Notes under the pieces: generated by a model | The model's database searches: none | What the model was told of the DNA's origin: nothing | Seen by the model: the letters and a program-made list of their open reading frames with translations, nothing else | In this document: positions 25,600-33,489 of the stretch, one piece after another | Position numbering within the stretch: the first letter of the stretch is position 1 | How the letters are laid out: every line of letters begins with the position of its first letter | IMG/VR virus record: IMGVR_UViG_638276473_000001 | Location: 6,798 to 70,797 of that record | Length of the DNA: 64,000 nucleotides | Direction: 5' to 3' (one strand) | Source of the DNA: a virus | Lineage: Duplodnaviria; Caudoviricetes | Made by a program: the position numbers and the translations under genes

Positions 25600-26678
25600 G
25601 CGAACCAGTCACTACAGTAGCCCGTCAGGTTTCCGAAGCCTGGCATCCCGCAAGGGAAGTAGGGGATGTTGACCCTCTCATTTCGGACGCGAAGACGTAT
25701 CTGAAACGCTTCTCCTACGGTCAGGCTCAGGGTCTCGGTATCACTGACACCGACGACACCTACACGCAGGGATTCGGACGCGCTCTGCAACAGTTCAAGT
25801 CGGCCACGAAGATTCTGGTTGAACTCGGACGCACGCCGGGACCGATCACTGACACCGACTCCGAATTCGATTGGGCCACAAAGAAGCAAATGAAATTGCT
25901 CCCTGACACGACGGTGCCTCCGGTGCTCGTTGACGGCAGCAAGCTCAAGCCGCTTTACATCACCATCGAAGGTCACGAATCCGACATGTGGGTCGGGCCT
26001 GCCGTTGAAATCGGACGGCGCTTGGAGCGTGAAGGTCTGGTGCAGTTGCAGCCGATTGGCTACAACAACAAGGGCATTCCGTTCAAGAGCGATACCGGCG
26101 TCACTGCGATCACTCAGATTTTCCTCGATCCGGTGAAGATGCCTCTCGGTCGCAAGTGGTTCATTTCGGGATTCTCCGAAGGCGACATCGTTGCGTCTCG
26201 GTTCCTACTTCGTCACGTTCTGAATCCCAACGGAATGTTCCACAATCGGCTCAAGGATTGGATCGGCGCACTTGAAGTCGGCGCACCGTACCGTCCGCTG
26301 GACTATATGGGACCCAAGCTGTTGGTCACCGATCCTCCCAAGCCGAACACGTCGGGAATCAGCCCCGAACGGCTTCCGGTTCTCAACAACGTCTGCTACC
26401 TCTGCCGTACCAAGGACATCTACACCGAGAATGAAAACAACTCGGTCGGCAAAAAGAAGTCCGCGATTTACGAGGTCGTCGCGAATTCCAATCCAGCCAC
26501 GCTGTTTTGGGAACTCATCGCTGCCGGGATCAATCCCACAAAGGAAGTCATCGCCATTGCAATGGCTATCGGTTCCGGCGTGATGTTCCTGGCGAACATG
26601 GACCCGCATGGCGGGTACGTGCTTGAGCCAGCACAGGACTGGGCGAGGGAACAGATTCGTGTCGCAATAGCGGCGTAG
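25596..26678 (+). CDS. lysB: Lysin B (cutinase-like serine esterase with N-terminal binding domain)
   Basis: GFSEG nucleophile elbow, DIY and PHGGY triad candidates; follows lysin A. Confidence 0.85.
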   Translation: MSEPVTTVARQVSEAWHPAREVGDVDPLISDAKTYLKRFSYGQAQGLGITDTDDTYTQGFGRALQQFKSATKILVELGRTPGPITDTDSEFDWATKKQMKLLPDTTVPPVLVDGSKLKPLYITIEGHESDMWVGPAVEIGRRLEREGLVQLQPIGYNNKGIPFKSDTGVTAITQIFLDPVKMPLGRKWFISGFSEGDIVASRFLLRHVLNPNGMFHNRLKDWIGALEVGAPYRPLDYMGPKLLVTDPPKPNTSGISPERLPVLNNVCYLCRTKDIYTENENNSVGKKKSAIYEVVANSNPATLFWELIAAGINPTKEVIAIAMAIGSGVMFLANMDPHGGYVLEPAQDWAREQIRVAIAA

Positions 26679-26703
26679 AATCTCATACGAAAGGAGCACC
26701 ATC

Positions 26704-27018
26704 ATGGCGAATGAATTTTTCGACAAGGTTCAACAGGCTGGTAAGGCAGTAGCAGGCGGCGTGGCCGGTGCGTTGGTCTCGGTGTTGTTCACCACCGTCA
26801 CCGAACCCGACGCCACGCTCAACCCCGATGCCGCTGCCGGAGCCGATCAGCTTGTGCAGCTTCCCAATACGCAGGCCGAATGGGTCTCGTTCGCGGTCGC
26901 TGTCATCGTCGGCTTCCTGCTGCCCTTCATCAAGAAGAACTTCCCCAGCGTTGCGCAGGCGAAGTTGCAGTTGGTCGAAGCGCAGCGGCGCGTTGCTGAA
27001 AACAAGCAAGTGCGCTAA
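26704..27018 (+). CDS. Holin (two transmembrane segments)
   Basis: AAGGAG RBS; two hydrophobic helices; in the lysis cassette. Confidence 0.75.
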   Translation: MANEFFDKVQQAGKAVAGGVAGALVSVLFTTVTEPDATLNPDAAAGADQLVQLPNTQAEWVSFAVAVIVGFLLPFIKKNFPSVAQAKLQLVEAQRRVAENKQVR

Positions 27019-27305
27019 TGCCGAACGAAACGCGGCTTGAACGATGGCAGAGAACCGGGGCGCTTCAACTCGTCACGGCTGCCATCGTTTTTGCCACGTG
27101 GGTTTACTTTCAGACTCAGTACACCGCCGCAGAACGACCCGTAGTTCTGAACGAGGTTCTGCTACTCGTACTCGGTTGGGTCGGTTTGAAATTCGCAATG
27201 AACAAGGGTGAGAAAACAGAGGAAAAGCGAAGCGACGAGAAGCCGGATACCGACTCGTCTTCCCCCGAGCCGGAGCCGGAAAGGTACGGTCGCCATGCTA
27301 AGTAA
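27018..27305 (+). CDS. Membrane protein (two TM), lysis cassette
   Basis: Two hydrophobic stretches and a charged tail; TAATG coupling. Confidence 0.7.
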   Translation: MPNETRLERWQRTGALQLVTAAIVFATWVYFQTQYTAAERPVVLNEVLLLVLGWVGLKFAMNKGEKTEEKRSDEKPDTDSSSPEPEPERYGRHAK

Positions 27306-27810
27306 TCTGCTCGACTTTGACGCGAGTGATTTTCTAGCCCTTATGGCTGGATTCCTACTCGCTTTGTTTGGAGAACCTGTGTGGTGCTGGGTGAGGAACA
27401 AAATGGACAACGGTCATCGTAAGATCAAGATGCCGACTGCGAAGCAGATCATTTACGTTGCGGTCGCAGCCGGATTGCTGTGGAGTCTGTGGTCTACCAA
27501 CCACATTCAGCACGAAATCACCAAGCAGTCTCGACAGGCGCTCATCACCAGCGAAGCCGTCTGTGAAGAACAGAAGCTCCGCGCGATTGAAAACCAAGCG
27601 GGACAGAAGTTGTTCTTCGATGGCGTGTTTAACGTGCCCTCAGACATCAAAGCGTTGCCTCCCGATGATCCGCGACGGCAGGCGTGGGGCGAAAACATCG
27701 TCAACGAGTACCTGAACACTTTCAAGTACACGAACAACCGTCGCGCTGAACTCGCACAGGAATTCCGTACGAATCCTCCGACTCAACCTCGTTGCGGCGT
27801 ACAGGAATAA
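27295..27810 (+). CDS. Membrane protein, lysis cassette
   Basis: Two hydrophobic segments then a soluble domain with two Cys. Confidence 0.7.
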   Translation: MLSNLLDFDASDFLALMAGFLLALFGEPVWCWVRNKMDNGHRKIKMPTAKQIIYVAVAAGLLWSLWSTNHIQHEITKQSRQALITSEAVCEEQKLRAIENQAGQKLFFDGVFNVPSDIKALPPDDPRRQAWGENIVNEYLNTFKYTNNRRAELAQEFRTNPPTQPRCGVQE

Positions 27811-27812
27811 CC

Positions 27813-28013
27813 GTGTTTTGCCGTCATCCGCATTGCGGCAAGCCGATCAAGTTGATCGAGAATGTTGACGGCGCAGCGGCGTGGGTACACGTAGAACCGG
27901 GGAAATCACCGTATCGTGAGTGCGAAGGTTCCACGATAGCAGAACCTCCGAAAACAATCGGCGAATGGCTGGCCGAATTAACGCAGCCGATCAAAAAGGA
28001 CGATCATGGTTAA
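27813..28013 (+). CDS. Small Cys/His protein
   Basis: CRHPHCGKPI...WVH...C; AGGA RBS before GTG. Confidence 0.6.
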   Translation: MFCRHPHCGKPIKLIENVDGAAAWVHVEPGKSPYRECEGSTIAEPPKTIGEWLAELTQPIKKDDHG

Positions 28014-28902
28014 TTGGGCCAAGCAAAAGGCACACGCCACAATGCTTCTCGCTTGCGTCTTCTGCCTCATGGTGGGATGCGCAACCGCAATCATCATCGG
28101 ACGCACTGCACCAGCGGACTATTGGATCATCTTCGGCGGCAACACCGACAAGGGCAACGGCCAAGGCGGTGGCATGGCGCGCGACCAGATGGTTGCAGGC
28201 GGTTGGGTGAGCTACGAGAACAGCTTCCAGGTGACATGGAACGCCGACATCGCCGCTGGCACAGTGGATCAGACGAATGCAGCAATGCCCGCTGGCAAGG
28301 ATGCCGTGTCCAAGCTTTGTGCCGGAAGGCGTTGCATTATCGCAGGATTCAGTCTGGGATCATCGCCTGCAATCCAATTGGCCGCAGAGCTAGGCATTCC
28401 CGCAGATCAATTGTGGTTGTTCGGAGCACCGCAACCCTCCACGGGTGTGTGGCACCAGCAGTACCAAGACAATCCGTTCGTACAGCCGTGGATTCAAAAC
28501 GTGGGCAAGCTCAATCCTGATCAGCTACCTCCGGCTGGTTCTCACCACGTCTATCACGCACGCGATCCGTACGGCAACGCCGCTCCGCAATGCAGCGGAC
28601 CCGGCCTGTTCGCATTGACCTTGGCAGAGCACCGCATTCTTTCTCCCGGCGAAGCATCGCACGTGTGGACGGGACCTGACGGCGTGATCAATCACGAAGG
28701 CGGCTATACCGGCCCAATTGGCTTGCCCGCCAGCGGTGCTGATCCTTCGCAGCCCTGGGCCGGGTGCTTGTTCAACGACTGGAAATCAACTCCCAGCAGC
28801 CCCGGCGACCAGACCACCGAAGGTGGGTTGCCATCGGGAGGCAATGGCCCGTCCCTGCCGAGCCTGCCCGTGAACCCTCCGTTCCCCACACCTGGCGGGT
28901 AA
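28006..28902 (+). CDS. Exported PE-PPE/cutinase-like serine hydrolase
   Basis: N-terminal hydrophobic helix, GFSLG elbow, downstream D and H candidates, Pro-rich tail. Confidence 0.72.
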   Translation: MVNWAKQKAHATMLLACVFCLMVGCATAIIIGRTAPADYWIIFGGNTDKGNGQGGGMARDQMVAGGWVSYENSFQVTWNADIAAGTVDQTNAAMPAGKDAVSKLCAGRRCIIAGFSLGSSPAIQLAAELGIPADQLWLFGAPQPSTGVWHQQYQDNPFVQPWIQNVGKLNPDQLPPAGSHHVYHARDPYGNAAPQCSGPGLFALTLAEHRILSPGEASHVWTGPDGVINHEGGYTGPIGLPASGADPSQPWAGCLFNDWKSTPSSPGDQTTEGGLPSGGNGPSLPSLPVNPPFPTPGG

Positions 28903-28911
28903 GATGAAACC

Positions 28912-29259
28912 ATGAGTAGGCCAATGCAATCGACCACACTGCGTGCCCCCATTCCCGAGCAGGACGAGGAAGGCCGCGCGATTTACCTTGCGCTGCTTGA
29001 GCGTCAAAACCTGATGCTTTGCCGTGAAAACATACGCCTAAGAGCGTGTTTGGAACGCGCGACCGGACAAGCTTGGGACTCAAGTAATTTGGCCGACCCC
29101 ACGAATGAACAACTTGACGAAATGGTCGCTCAAGACATCGCGCGTGGGCTACGGATGACGGTCGAGGACGCTCGCATTTTGGTCCAGCAGAACAAAGCAA
29201 TGGCGAATCCTACGCAGGTTGAAACGCCCGAGGATCGCGCACCCAGCCCTGATGCCTAG
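28912..29259 (+). CDS. Hypothetical protein
   Basis: 115-aa ORF; TAAGAT 6 nt upstream suggests a leaderless transcript. Confidence 0.65.
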   Translation: MSRPMQSTTLRAPIPEQDEEGRAIYLALLERQNLMLCRENIRLRACLERATGQAWDSSNLADPTNEQLDEMVAQDIARGLRMTVEDARILVQQNKAMANPTQVETPEDRAPSPDA

Positions 29260-29443
29260 CCCCGCAGGTGTCGTGTGCGATGAACTGCGTTCATCTACCG
29301 ACAATGATTCTCCTGGCCGCGCATTATGCGCAGGGCTAGGGCTGCGCGTTAAAACCATTACATTAACGTGCGCGATAAACGATCGCGTAATGCGCGCGAT
29401 TATTTCCGCGCGTACGCGCCTGGTTTGTTCGCGCGTACAGGCG

Positions 29444-29663
29444 TGCGATTCCCCGCGCGCAAACAGGCGCGATTCCCCGCGTGACACAGGCGCGATTCCA
29501 CGCGCATTCGCGTGCGATTCCCTGCGTGCGTGGGACGCGATTCCCTGCGCCTGCAAGCGCGATTCCACGTGCGCGAAGGCGCGATTCCCTGCGTGCGCGG
29601 ATGCGATTCCACGCGCGAGCGCCACGCGATTCCACGCGTGTGTGTGTCGCGCGATTCCACGCA
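29444..29663. repeat. Ten-copy tandem array, core GCGATTCC(A/C)(C/T)GCG, period 22-25 bp
   Basis: GCGATTCC starts at 29445, 29469, 29492, 29514, 29537, 29559, 29581, 29603, 29626, 29651. Confidence 0.95.
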
Positions 29664-29803
29664 CGTATGCCCGCGCGGTATCGGGCGCGCACGCGCGTAC
29701 GTTGACCCTTACTGTAAACCCAACCAAAAGCCTTATCGTAACCCCAACAGTAAGCCTTTCTGTTAGGCGACCCTAACCGATGTTTTCGACCACCTGTCGC
29801 AAA

Positions 29804-29945
29804 CCTCTGACCAGGCAAGATAGGTTCTCTAAGTAAGCCAGCAAACGCCTAAAAGCAATGGTGGGAGGCTGTTTTTCATGATCAGCGGCCTGAAAATCGG
29901 GGTGTGACCGGGATCACAAAAGAAAATTAGTTGCCTGGTCAGAGG
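29804..29945. repeat. Perfect 15-bp inverted repeat CCTCTGACCAGGCAA / TTGCCTGGTCAGAGG
   Basis: Arms at 29804-29818 and 29931-29945. Confidence 0.9.
29903..29918. promoter_or_regulatory. CRP/GlxR-type consensus site TGTGA-N6-TCACA
   Basis: TGTGACCGGGATCACA in non-coding DNA upstream of the first early-arm gene. Confidence 0.55.
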
Positions 29946-30095
29946 CACTTTTGATCATGAAATTTCCGGCCTTCTTAGGGGACCCTTGGTTGCTTTGCTG
30001 GCGAAAAAGACCAGGCTGGTTGCAGGTCGTCCCGCCGTGGGGCGACCGGGGCAGGCCAGCGAGGCCCGCTCCACCGACTGCCCGAAGGGGTTCAC

Positions 30096-30569
30096 ATGTC
30101 CACGTTCACGATGCCTGCCGCCAATACGCCCGAGTTCGATGCGCTGATGGCGCGCTGGGCTGCCAAGCCGGTCACGTTCGGCCAGTGCAATCGGCTCAAG
30201 TCGCTGTTCAAGCAGGTCGCAGACCAGGGCGGCTACGCGGGCAAGGTTCCCGCGAAGACCGCGAAGGCGTGGGATGTGCTCACCACGCGGGACGCAGACC
30301 GGCGCTGGACTGAGCTTCGCTCAGACCGGCTGGCCGACAAGATGACCATGAAAGACGCGCATGAATTGGGCGTCAAGCTCGAATCGCTGCTGACCAGCAC
30401 GGATGCGCCGGTCACGGTCACGGAGACCGCACCCAAGCCCGCGAAGACCGCGCCGAAAAAGGCCGCTGACCAGGCCGTTTCGGTCAAGTCGGGCGACGTG
30501 ATCTTGCTCGACGGCGAAGCCGTGGTCGTTTTCCGCAGCGGCAAGCGCATCTACGGCAAGCGGGCGTAG
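30096..30569 (+). CDS. Hypothetical protein, first gene of the early arm
   Basis: GAAGGGG RBS, biased codons, A/P/K linker. Confidence 0.8.
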   Translation: MSTFTMPAANTPEFDALMARWAAKPVTFGQCNRLKSLFKQVADQGGYAGKVPAKTAKAWDVLTTRDADRRWTELRSDRLADKMTMKDAHELGVKLESLLTSTDAPVTVTETAPKPAKTAPKKAADQAVSVKSGDVILLDGEAVVVFRSGKRIYGKRA

Positions 30570-30578
30570 TCCGACCAG

Positions 30579-30615
30579 CGAAAACCCGGCTCACCTTTGG
30601 TGGGTCGGGTTTTCG
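30579..30615 (+). terminator. Intrinsic terminator-like hairpin
   Basis: CGAAAACCCGGCTCACC-TTT-GGTGGGTCGGGTTTTCG. Confidence 0.75.
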
Positions 30616-30840
30616 GCATTGCGCGCGTATGGCCGCACGCGCACACGTCACACACACGTCCATGCGTGTATATGCGTATTGGTCTGGCTGGAATCTATTC
30701 CAGCGCAGCCAGACCCAATGCGTTTATAGGTGCATGCGATGAGCACACCCACAATTACACAGCGACCGTTGAACGCACGGATAACATGAGCGCAATGGCA
30801 CGTGGATGCGATGAGCACACGTAGGCACAATGCGCGACAG

Positions 30841-31086
30841 GTGGACGCCGCCCGAGTGGGGGATCATATGCGGTATACGGTGCGAATTGAAGGCATTCAA
30901 TTCGCAGAAATAATCCAATCCCAGAGGGATTGAGGCCGAAAACGGCTGCGTAGGTTGACTTGTCCCAATGCGATGCGCAGTGATATTGGCTCTAAATGCA
31001 CACAGACATTAAGCGGGCGCGTTGTAAAGACAACGGGAATGCCAACAGTTCGGCTGGGCATGCAAGTTCGATTCTTGCCGTCCAAC
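30841..31086 (+). ncRNA. tRNA-like structured RNA with ~160-nt insertion in the D-loop
   Basis: Acceptor TGGACG/CGTCCA, D-stem GCCC/GGGC, stem CGTTG/CAACG, long variable arm, T-arm GCAAG-TTCGATT-CTTGC at cloverleaf spacing. Confidence 0.65.
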
Positions 31087-31117
31087 GGAGCGTGAAATAC
31101 ACGCGAGTTAGGAAATA

Positions 31118-31372
31118 ATGGGCACCGTCCAGCACATCGAGAAAACTGATCCGATGCACCGTGAGTTGAACAAGGGACTCATGGTTCGTTGGATCAACGG
31201 TGATCTGATCGAGCGCGCAAATCACGACGTGCGCAAGTCCATCGTGCTCTACGACGACGATCAGACGTTCGTGGGCGCGTTACCGGCAGTCCTCGGTCCC
31301 GTGTTGACCGACGAATTGCAGGACAAGCTCTACAGCGTCGGCGTGCGCTACTACAGCAACGGGATCGTGTAA
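31118..31372 (+). CDS. Hypothetical protein
   Basis: AGGA RBS; coupled to the next gene. Confidence 0.7.
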   Translation: MGTVQHIEKTDPMHRELNKGLMVRWINGDLIERANHDVRKSIVLYDDDQTFVGALPAVLGPVLTDELQDKLYSVGVRYYSNGIV

Positions 31373-31587
31373 TGAAAAGCACGCTCGTACACAAGGATTC
31401 CGTTGCTGATTGCCACGTCACAACGGTTTTCATCGAACCGTGGCGCTATTTCGAGACCGCAATCAGCCGCAAAGGCAAGCCGGTCGAGGTCCGTGAATCG
31501 GGCATAATCAGCGCGGATGATGCGCTGATCGCACACAATAAGGCCGTAGAATTGGCCGAAAAGGCACTCCGATACAGGGAGCGTTGA
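31372..31587 (+). CDS. Hypothetical protein
   Basis: TAATG coupling; VTTVF...YFETAI pattern. Confidence 0.7.
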   Translation: MKSTLVHKDSVADCHVTTVFIEPWRYFETAISRKGKPVEVRESGIISADDALIAHNKAVELAEKALRYRER

Positions 31588-31589
31588 TC

Positions 31590-32297
31590 ATGAACAAGTT
31601 GGAAGCCGCGCAAAGACTGATCAACGTGGTCTGCGGCGAAACGTGGGGCGACGGCAACCTCGTCATGAACGTGGGCGTTGGATACGCGGAACCGGGCTAC
31701 CACGATGACGAGACCGTGTGGGTCCTGGGCAGTTGGTGGACGCGCGTGAAGACGCAAAACGAACTGCACTCGCAAGAAGGCGCGCTCGAAATGCACCGGC
31801 TCTCAGCGGCTTTGGAGCGAATCGGCGTCGAAGTCGAGTGGTATGACGAGTGGGAACAGTGCTCGCATTGCCATCGAATCTTCCGTACATCGGGCGATTC
31901 GTACTTCTGGAAGCAGTTCGGAGTCCTACTGCCAGACGGGGATTGGTTGTGCGGCACTTGCGCAATCGACCCCGAATTCATCGATGACGTGCTCGCACCG
32001 TTGATCGATAATCCGCACAACCGCGTATCGTTCTGTGACGCAAGCGTTTTGGAGCAGAACGGGTGGACACGGTACAACGCAGACGCGTATCAGAGCGGCT
32101 GGCATCCCGGCATGGATGCCGACCCTCGTACCGTTTTCGCTGAAATTCAGGAGCGCATGCCCGAGCACAACGTCCTGTTCTTCAAAGACGAAGCGTCCCA
32201 GTTCTACTCGGAATGGAGCGCATTCACGAAGCCCAAACCCGTTGAAGACGACGGGGATATGTACGTCGGATATGCGACAGGAGAGTACGGAGAATGA
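31590..32297 (+). CDS. Hypothetical protein with CxxC...CxxC zinc site
   Basis: CSHC...CGTC; GGGAG RBS. Confidence 0.8.
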   Translation: MNKLEAAQRLINVVCGETWGDGNLVMNVGVGYAEPGYHDDETVWVLGSWWTRVKTQNELHSQEGALEMHRLSAALERIGVEVEWYDEWEQCSHCHRIFRTSGDSYFWKQFGVLLPDGDWLCGTCAIDPEFIDDVLAPLIDNPHNRVSFCDASVLEQNGWTRYNADAYQSGWHPGMDADPRTVFAEIQERMPEHNVLFFKDEASQFYSEWSAFTKPKPVEDDGDMYVGYATGEYGE

Positions 32298-32488
32298 GCG
32301 CGCCAGCGAAGGTGATCCGCACACTGACCCGTGCGGATCGATGCGACCGATGCAGTGCAGCGGCAACCGTTGCGCTGCAACTCAAGTCCGGTGAACTGAT
32401 GTTCTGCGGGCACCATTACACGCAGCACCATCCGGTGCTGTTGACCAGCGGTGCGATCATCGTTGGTCAGGCCGGGGAGGATTCATGA
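32294..32488 (+). CDS. Small zinc-binding protein (DRCDRC...FCGHH family)
   Basis: LTRADRCDRCSA...GELMFCGHH, a motif recurrent in actinobacteria. Confidence 0.8.
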   Translation: MSAPAKVIRTLTRADRCDRCSAAATVALQLKSGELMFCGHHYTQHHPVLLTSGAIIVGQAGEDS

Positions 32489-32805
32489 GCGACCCCGACG
32501 ACATGCTGCGCGAGTTGCGCGCGTTGATTGCCGACCAGCCGGTTGGCGACGAAATCGCTGCCAAGTTCGAAGAACTCGACGCGCACTTGAGCCGTGGCGG
32601 GTTCGTCCCGCACGACTGGCAGCACCGACAGGCACCGGCCATGATTGTGGTCGATGATCCGAAACAGATTGGCGCACTTACGGATGCGCTGCTCATGCAG
32701 GAACCGCGCAAGATTCGGTTCTGGATCGACGGGGATCGCGTAAAGTTCAAGATCAACGAACACACGTGGTCACCGCCGATGGGACGGATTCAGGAGCCGT
32801 ACTGA
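32485..32805 (+). CDS. Hypothetical protein
   Basis: GGAGG RBS, ATGA overlap. Confidence 0.75.
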   Translation: MSDPDDMLRELRALIADQPVGDEIAAKFEELDAHLSRGGFVPHDWQHRQAPAMIVVDDPKQIGALTDALLMQEPRKIRFWIDGDRVKFKINEHTWSPPMGRIQEPY

Positions 32806-33080
32806 TGACAACTGCAATCGAGACGATCACGTTGGACATGATCGCGCACGAAATCGACACGGCGGCAACGAGCTTGAGCAATGCCGTCGCAACGTTCAAG
32901 CTTCACCCGAGCTATGACAGTCGGGCGAACCTGCTGGCACGTGCCAACGAGCTTTCCGGCATGTTCCACCTGGCGCTGAAACTCAACGGCTACAACGAGT
33001 TCAGCGCCGATACCCGCCAGCGCGTCCAAAAGGCGCGTGAGGCAGTCGAATCGCTGTACAAAGCGAAGCCGATCACATAG
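32805..33080 (+). CDS. Hypothetical protein
   Basis: AGGAG RBS, TGATG overlap. Confidence 0.75.
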   Translation: MTTAIETITLDMIAHEIDTAATSLSNAVATFKLHPSYDSRANLLARANELSGMFHLALKLNGYNEFSADTRQRVQKAREAVESLYKAKPIT

Positions 33081-33171
33081 CACGGAGGCCGTGTTGGGGA
33101 ACTGGGTCAAACCAACACGGCGCGACGGGTATACAACAGGGATACCCGCACGGTTGATAGGAACCGGACAA

Positions 33172-33489
33172 ATGAACGACAAGATCAAGTCCCTTCGCCC
33201 TCGTTTCGTCGGCAAAACCGAAGTGCGCGCGGACATTCAGCGCATCGGAAAGACGCGCAAGATCAAGGTCACGGTACTGACGTACTCGCCAGCCGGAGTC
33301 ACCGTCGCAGCGTGCGAGCGCCGCGCCAAGGAACTCGCGACTTCGGAGGCGATCAAGCGCGGGGCTGCCAGCGCCGATTGCACGATCCTCCACGGTGGCG
33401 AAATCAGTCACTACGCGACCGATTCGCAGGGCAAACGCCGTCCGATCAAGGTCCGGTCGCAGACGTTCTACTTCGCTGCGGTCGATTAG
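33172..33489 (+). CDS. Hypothetical basic protein
   Basis: Biased codons; flanked by hairpin clusters. Confidence 0.7.
   Translation: MNDKIKSLRPRFVGKTEVRADIQRIGKTRKIKVTVLTYSPAGVTVAACERRAKELATSEAIKRGAASADCTILHGGEISHYATDSQGKRRPIKVRSQTFYFAAVD

Noticed and set aside
29444-29663. CRISPR array interpretation, paired with the Cas4-like gene
   Set aside because: Repeat (~13 bp) and spacers (~9-12 bp) are far shorter than CRISPR units, there is no cas operon, and the Cas4-like gene sits in an exonuclease-ATPase-SSB recombination module
29149-29818. Several R/A/C-rich ORFs on both strands
   Set aside because: They arise from the stop-poor repeat array and have no RBS; region treated as non-coding
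30841-31086. Canonical tRNA, tmRNA or Y RNA call
   Set aside because: 6-nt anticodon loop, 1:72 mismatch, C at position 8 and a very large D-loop exclude a standard tRNA; no G3-U70 or tmRNA layout; not permuted like YrlA; no Ro60 gene seen
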